Source: Eledone cirrhosa (lineage: Eukaryota). Taken from it: a stretch of 64,000 nt of DNA. Location: positions 24,614,001 to 24,678,000 of the forward strand of contig OZ024757.1 in assembly GCA_964016885.1 (NCBI GenBank), read 5' to 3'. Below are positions 56,079 to 64,000 of the stretch, piece after piece. Numbering within the stretch: the first letter of the stretch is position 1; each line of letters begins with the position of its first letter. Below the pieces are notes generated by a model, which saw nothing but the letters and a program-made list of their open reading frames with translations, ran no database searches and was not told where the DNA came from. Both the position numbers and the translations under genes were made by a program.

Positions 56079-57893
56079 CTTCAACAGTGGAGATATTTAT
56101 TGTCAGTGATGTGCGTTTGAAAGGATGTGGAAGTCAAATGTAAAAAGATTGAAAAATAAAACAAAAATAAATAAATAAACAAATAAATAAATAAATAAAT
56201 AAAATGAAATGAAAAACAAAAAAAAATAGACAAAAGACAGAACAACTAAAATAAAATAAATAAAAATTTATAAATATGAAATTTTGAAAGATTTTATTCA
56301 AAATTCAGAAAACAACAACAGTAACAACAGCAATGACTACAACAACAACAACAGTAACAACAACAATTACTACAATAACAACAACAGCAGCAACAACAAC
56401 AACGACTACAACAACAACAACAATGACTACAATAATAACAACAACAACAGCAATAATAACAACAACACCAATAACAACAACAACAGTAACAACAACAATG
56501 GCTACAACGACGACGACAACAACAACAACTACAACAACGACTACAATAACAACAACAACAACAACAATAATAATAATGATAATAATACAATGGAACCTCA
56601 GTTCACAAACTTAATTCATTCCTGAAGGCTGTTCGTCACCTGAAATGTTCGTAAACCAAAACTATTTTTCTCATACAAAATGTTGAGAGAGAAATATAGT
56701 GAGAGAGAGATTGCATGTGAAAGACATATAGATATCACCTTAGTAACTAACTATACAGCTACGATCTGTTACTGCCGGCTTGCGTGTTTGTTAGTCAAGA
56801 CACCATTTCTAAACAGAGATGCTTTATGTTCAGAAGAATTGTTTGTGAACTGATTTGTGAACTGATGAGAGGCGTTCATGAACTGAGGTTCCACTGTAAT
56901 AATATTGTTTCTACTTTTGGCACAAAGCCAATAATTACCCCAGTGCATTACTGGTACTTTATTTTATCGATCTCCTTAAGGATGAAAGGCAAAGTTAACC
57001 TTGGCGGGATTTGAAATCAGAACATAAAGGGCTGTAACCCTATGCTGCAAAGCATGGTGTCTGACGCTCAACCGATACTGCCAAACCACTGTAATAATAA
57101 TAATAATGGTACAGCAATGAGTTTAAGGAAAGTCTTGTCTATATAAGACAGAGGAAAGAATACAGTGAGGGAGATTTGTCAACGTGTTGTTCACTGCTCC
57201 CTAACTGAAATATCTAAATCGTTTAACCCTTTAGCATTTACATTACTCCAAATTATATTTTCGTGGTAAAGGCTTTACTTTACATAATTATCTCACATAA
57301 TATTGAATCTATGAAATTTTAATATTATTTATTTTGAGGGCGGTGGATTGGCAGTATCGGTGGAGGGTTGGACGCCATGCTTTTCAGCATAGTTACATCA
57401 CTTTACGATCTGAGTTCAAATCCCGCCGAGGTTGACTTTGCCTTTCATCCTTACGGGGTCGATAAAATAAAGTACCAGTAATGCACTGGGTAATTGCTGG
57501 CCTTGTGCCTAAAGTAGAAACAATTATTTATTTTGAGAACAATACCTTAACATCAGTATGAGCGACTGGTTACAACCAGTTTGAACAGAAAGAGGTGAGA
57601 GAATTCTGATCAGATACGGCTGGTTTACATTTAACACCAAAATCAGAAACCATTATCGGTGGTGGATTGGCAGTATCGGTAGAGCGCCAGACAATATGCT
57701 TTGCAGCATAGAGTTACATCCCTTTACTTTTGAAATTCATATCCCACCAAGGTTAGCTTTCCCTTTTCGTCCTATCAGGGTCGATAAAATAAAGTACCAG
57801 TAATGCACTGGGGTCAGTTTAATCGACTTTCGCCCCTCCCTTAGAATTGCTGGCCTTGTGCCAAATGTAGAAAGCATTAGCTATCGTCCTTAC

Positions 57894-58046
57894 CTGGTTT
57901 GTGAGTGCTGGGAACAGTGGTAACTGCAGGTGATGTCTTATGAGATGGTTCTACACTCGTATGTCCTTTTGTTCCATGTGAACTGTGGTGAGTTGGTCTC
58001 CCAGTTGTGCTTGACTTCTGTGTCTGTGTATGGGCACTTGACTTCA
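57894..58046 (-). CDS. Mucin-like exon, first copy (one P/T difference)
   Basis: Same splice sites; encodes HTQ instead of HPQ. Confidence 0.65.
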
Positions 58047-58135
58047 CTTCAACAGTGGAGATATTTATTGTCAGTGATGTGCGTTTGAAAGGATGTGGAA
58101 GTCAAATGTAAAAAGATTGAAAAATAAAACAAAAA

Positions 58136-58182
<47 letters not shown>

Positions 58183-59228
58183 AATGAAATGAAAAACAAA
58201 AAAAAATAGACAAAAGACACAACAACTAAAATAAAATAAATAAAAATTTATAAATATGAAATTTTGAAAGATTTTATTCAAAATTCAGAAAACAACAACA
58301 GTAACAACAGCAATGACTACAACAACAACAACAGTAACAACAACAACAGCAACAACAACAACGACTACAACAACAACAACAATGACTACAATAATAACAA
58401 CAACAGCAATAACAACAACAACAGCAATAATAACAGCAATAACAACAACAACAATGGCTACAACGACGACAACAACAACTACAACAACGACGACAACAAC
58501 AACAACTACAACAACGACTACAATAACAACAACAACAACACTAACAACAACAACAACAACAATAGTAACAACAGCAACGACTACAACAACAACAACAACA
58601 GCACCAGAATTAACCCCCTTTGTTCACAAACATAAACATCTAACTTTGTAACACCGAGATATGAATTTCAATGTTAAAATCGTACTCATACCCATTCAGG
58701 GTTCCTAATTAAAGCCTTTACTTTCTTGTGAGCCTCTGAGGAGCCCAACTTGGGCGTAACATGTGCAAGAGCTTCTTATAAATATATTTTAACAGTAAAA
58801 TAATTTGATTTAATTTTATAATATTATGAGTTGGTAGATCTAGTAACTTCTTTGTTAACTTCGGTGGGAAGAATTTTAAAGATTCCTGGTTAACTTTCTT
58901 GTAGAACTTTCTCACATTGCTTAACAAAGAACTTACTACCGATACTGCCAACTCATAATATTATAATATTATAAAATTAAATCAAATTATTTACAACTAC
59001 AAGTGAAGTCATTCTTTTCCTTTTTTTTTCAAATATACCTAACTGTACCAATGATCTCACACATTCTCCAATATATATATATATATATATATATAAACAT
59101 ATATATATATATATAAACATATATAAACATATATATATATATATAAACATATATATATACATATATATATAAATATATACATGTACATATATATATACAT
59201 ATATATATATACATATATATATATACAC

Positions 59229-59279
<51 letters not shown>

Positions 59280-59447
59280 TATATATACATATATATATAG
59301 ATTTTGAGTTTATGTTGGTTGTATACCAACACCTCAGTATGCAGGCTGGAGCACTCGACGAAGTGCGCAGGTTGGTTTGGTTACTCCGGAGTAGTGTAAA
59401 ATAAAGTTAAATAAAAGTCAAATGATTAAAATTTAGCTTCGTTTATT

Positions 59448-59502
59448 ACTGCTATATATATTTCAGTGACAGCCATCTTTGGCTGTGACCTCTTCAGGCA
59501 GT
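59448..59502 (-). ncRNA. Type I hammerhead ribozyme (mirror copy)
   Basis: Reverse complement of 59677-59731. Confidence 0.8.
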
Positions 59503-59676
59503 TTGAATTAGTATGGTATAGACAAGTACATATGTTGTTTAGGTGTATGATATTGTCAATACTCTGATATGCCCAGTTCCTTGTTGGGTTGTTAATTCAC
59601 TGGGGAACTGGAGTCATATATGACAATATCATACACCTAAACAACATATGTACTTGTCTATACCATACTAATTCAA

Positions 59677-59731
59677 ACTGCCTGAAGAGGTCACAGCCAA
59701 AGATGGCTGTCACTGAAATATATATAGCAGT
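59677..59731 (+). ncRNA. Type I hammerhead ribozyme
   Basis: actgc CTGAAGA ggtcacagcca-aaga-tggctgtcact GAAA tatata TA gcagt; predicted cut after 59726. Confidence 0.82.
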
Positions 59732-59783
59732 AATAAACGAAGCTAAATTTTAATCATTTGACTTTTATTTAACTTTATTTTAC

Positions 59784-59826
<43 letters not shown>

Positions 59827-60060
59827 AACATATATATACATATATATATATATAAACATATATATATATAAACATATATATATATATATATAAACATATA
59901 TATATACATATATACATGTACATATATATATACATATATACATGTACATATATTTGTGGCCTCTGCATTTTCGGTACATTATATCAAACATATCACTCGC
60001 ACCCTGTGTATGTATGTGTATATATATATATGTGTGTGTGTATGTATATATATATGAGTA

Positions 60061-60094
<34 letters not shown>

Positions 60095-60274
60095 CATATA
60101 TAGATATAGATAGGTAAATATACACGGGTGTGTATGATTGTGTATAGAAGATTATATTAATAAGAGGAATTCCAACTTTGTCTGATTTACTCGTTTTATT
60201 TACAATCCTTTAAAATATATATAATGGTATTATAATGAAATAGTATGATAGAATATTAAATTCTAAGTGTTAAT

Positions 60275-60313
60275 TGAACAAGTACTTTCATGCTTTCGCA
60301 ATCTTCAGGTTCA
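60275..60313 (-). ncRNA. Minimal type I hammerhead (mirror copy)
   Basis: Reverse complement of 60827-60865. Confidence 0.75.
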
Positions 60314-60826
60314 TGATATGTGGTGACAGTCGAGTTTGCAATTTTCAACTGTAATGAGATGGGTAAATTTTCTACCTTTTATACATTTTATACAGAGAAA
60401 AGTGGCTCCAGAATGCAAAGCCCTGTAAACTGTATTTCGACCAATCAGTGTGTAGTTTCACTGAATTACTACAGCTGATTGGTTTAAGCGTCACGGCTGG
60501 TTGAGCATGCTAACGACCAATAGTCATATCCAACGTATCAATTGTTTTGCTTTTTTGAAATGATGAAAATAGCATTTTCTATTAATCATCACCATCAACT
60601 GATACGTTGGATATGACTATTGGTCGTTAGCATGCTCAACCAGCCGTGACGCTTAAACCAATCAGCTGTAGTAATTCAGTGAAACTACACACTGATTGGT
60701 CGAAATACAGTTTACAGGGCTTTGCATTCTGGAGCCACTTTTCTCTGTATAAAATGTATAAAAGGTAGGAAATTTACCCATCTCATTACAGTTGAAAATT
60801 GCAAACTCGACTGTCACCACATATCA

Positions 60827-60865
60827 TGAACCTGAAGATTGCGAAAGCATGAAAGTACTTGTTCA
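60827..60865 (+). ncRNA. Minimal type I hammerhead ribozyme
   Basis: tgaac CTGAAGA t tgc-gaaa-gca t GAAA gtac TT gttca; GNRA loop, palindromic AGUACU stem III. Confidence 0.77.
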
Positions 60866-61007
60866 ATTAACACTTAGAATTTAATATTCTATCATACTAT
60901 TTCATTATAATACCATTATATATATTTTAAAGGATTGTAAATAAAACGAGTAAATCAGACAAAGTTGGAATTCCTCTTATTAATATATATACATATATAT
61001 GGCTTAA

Positions 61008-61353
61008 TGGAGGCACATGGCTTAGTGGTTAGAGCATTGGCCTTGCAATCGAAAGGTTGCGAGTTCAATTCTCAGACTGGGTGATGTGTTGTTTCCTTGA
61101 GCAAGACACTTTATTTCACATTGCTCCAGTTTACTCAGCTGTAGAAATGAGATGATAGAGACTGGGGTCCATATCATTCCACTGCAAAGTGGTCGTGGAG
61201 GTGCCACGGCAAAAAAGCACCCAGCCCACACTGTAAATGAGGTTGGTGTTAGGAAGGGCATCCAGCTGTAGAAATCAATCCAGAATCAGTTCCTGTCCCA
61301 CCCTTGCAAGCAGGGAAAAAGCAGACGTAAAAGGAAATGATGATGATGATGAT
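61008..61353 (+). mobile_element. SINE family B
   Basis: Full head, core and tail. Confidence 0.85.
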
Positions 61354-61495
61354 ACATATATATATATATATATGTACACACACACACATACATACATATA
61401 TATAACAGATATTTCCATCTAGATATATAATACAATGGCAATAAAGGAATATATAAGACAATTGCATCAATACCAACAAAAGCAACAGTAAATAC

Positions 61496-61601
61496 CTGTA
61501 TTGTGTGATGAATTTGCCTCGTCTGCGGTGGTGTTTGCAACACAAACCAAAGCAAGAGAGAGGACTGCCACAAAAGTGAATGTATTCAGCAATTTTCCCA
61601 T
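61496..61601 (-). CDS. First coding exon with signal peptide (MGKLLNTFTFVAVLSLALVCVANTTADEANSSHNT) of a mucin-like glycoprotein
   Basis: Kozak aaccATGG, hydrophobic core, two sequons (NTT, NSS), phase-1 donor acag|gtattt compatible with the 58046 acceptor. Confidence 0.75.
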
Positions 61602-62212
61602 GGTTTTTCAGGGCTGGTTTTCTAGTTTGTTTTAGAGTTAAGAAGAACTGTACTTTGATGCGGCACACTTGCTTTGTATGTGTGTTTGCAGAGGAGGTGG
61701 CTTGGAGGACTGACGTCTGCGCAACAACTTAATCTCTTCACCTTCTATTTATTAAATATGAGTTAAATCAGCACCCCCCCCCCCCCGTGTACTTCACCTG
61801 TTTTAAGGGGTGGGGGTGGCAGCAGGGGAAGCAACTGTAGAACAATGATTGCGGTCAAAAGTCAAGATATTTAATTATCTTTAAAAAAAAAGAATACATA
61901 CATATATGTGTGTGTCTATGTATATACATGTGTATGTGCATGTATATATGTGTGTGTGCATGTGTATATGTGTGTGTGTATATGTGTATGCATATATGTG
62001 TATGTATATATGTGTATATATATGTGTGTGTGTGTGTATACATATATATGTGTGCATGTGCATGTGTGTGTGTATATGTGTATGCATACATACACACTTC
62101 CTTATATGGGTATATTACTAAATAATAAACATCTTTTCTAATCATCTTATCTACAAATGTATTTTAGGTTCTTTAAACTTATATAGAACTAATAAAATGT
62201 TATATATATATA

Positions 62213-62548
62213 TGGTTTAGTGGTTAGAGCATTGGGCTTGCAATCGAAAGGTTGTGAGTTCAATTCTCAGACCGGGTGATGTGTTGTTTCCTTGAGCAAG
62301 ACAATTTATTTCACATTGCTCCCGTTTACTCAGCTGTAGAAATGAGATGATAGGGACTATGGTCCCTATCATTCCACTGCAAAGTGGTCGTGCAGGTGCC
62401 ACGGCAAAAAAGCACCCAGCACTCACTGTAAATGAGGTTGGTGTTAGGAAGGGCATCCAGCTGTAGAAACCAAGCCAGAATCAGTTCCCGTCCCACCCTT
62501 GCAAGCAGGGAAAAGTGGACGTAAAATGAAATGATAATGATGATGATG

Positions 62549-62549
<1 letters not shown>
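62213..62549 (+). mobile_element. SINE family B
   Basis: Head, core and (GAT)n tail. Confidence 0.85.

Positions 62550-64000
<1,451 letters not shown>

Larger units (their letters stand above)
52612..58600. repeat. Three-copy tandem duplication, period about 1969 bp
   Basis: Equivalent ORFs at 52846, 54815 and 56784; each unit holds three SINE A copies, a MITE, one exon and an (AAC)n tract. Confidence 0.95.
59395..59784. repeat. Inverted repeat with 164-bp arms and a 62-bp spacer, carrying paired hammerheads
   Basis: 59395-59558 is the reverse complement of 59621-59784. Confidence 0.92.
60153..60987. repeat. Inverted repeat with ~388-bp arms and a 59-bp spacer, carrying paired hammerheads
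   Basis: 60153-60540 versus 60600-60987, one mismatch seen. Confidence 0.93.

Overview
This is AT-rich, microsatellite-dense eukaryotic (animal) DNA. The SINE families, RTE tails and simple-repeat load point to a coleoid cephalopod, probably an octopus (inference). Most ORFs in the supplied track are translations of (TA)n/(TACA)n/(TG)n repeats. Host coding sequence recovered by matching splice phases: an orphan terminal exon (3069-3262, +); a two-exon Q/H/N-rich gene with a charged C-terminus (7963-8523 and 10118-10342, +); a CD164/porimin-like sialomucin (signal exon 35182-35095 and TM exon 17717-17293, -); and a second signal-peptide exon (61601-61496, -) whose next mucin exon is triplicated by a ~1.97-kb tandem duplication. 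Mobile DNA includes a full-length Tx1-like LINE with an intact ORF2, CR1 and RTE fragments, two tRNA-derived SINE families, piggyBac/hAT/mariner MITEs, a DD41D relic and many Penelope-like (PLE) remnants. The most striking signal is a set of hammerhead-ribozyme motifs of several unrelated sequence families. Many lie in near-perfect 0.4-0.8 kb fold-back palindromes set in (TA)n tracts, and three share a C-C mismatch in stem II. Repeat boundaries were read by eye and are approximate.
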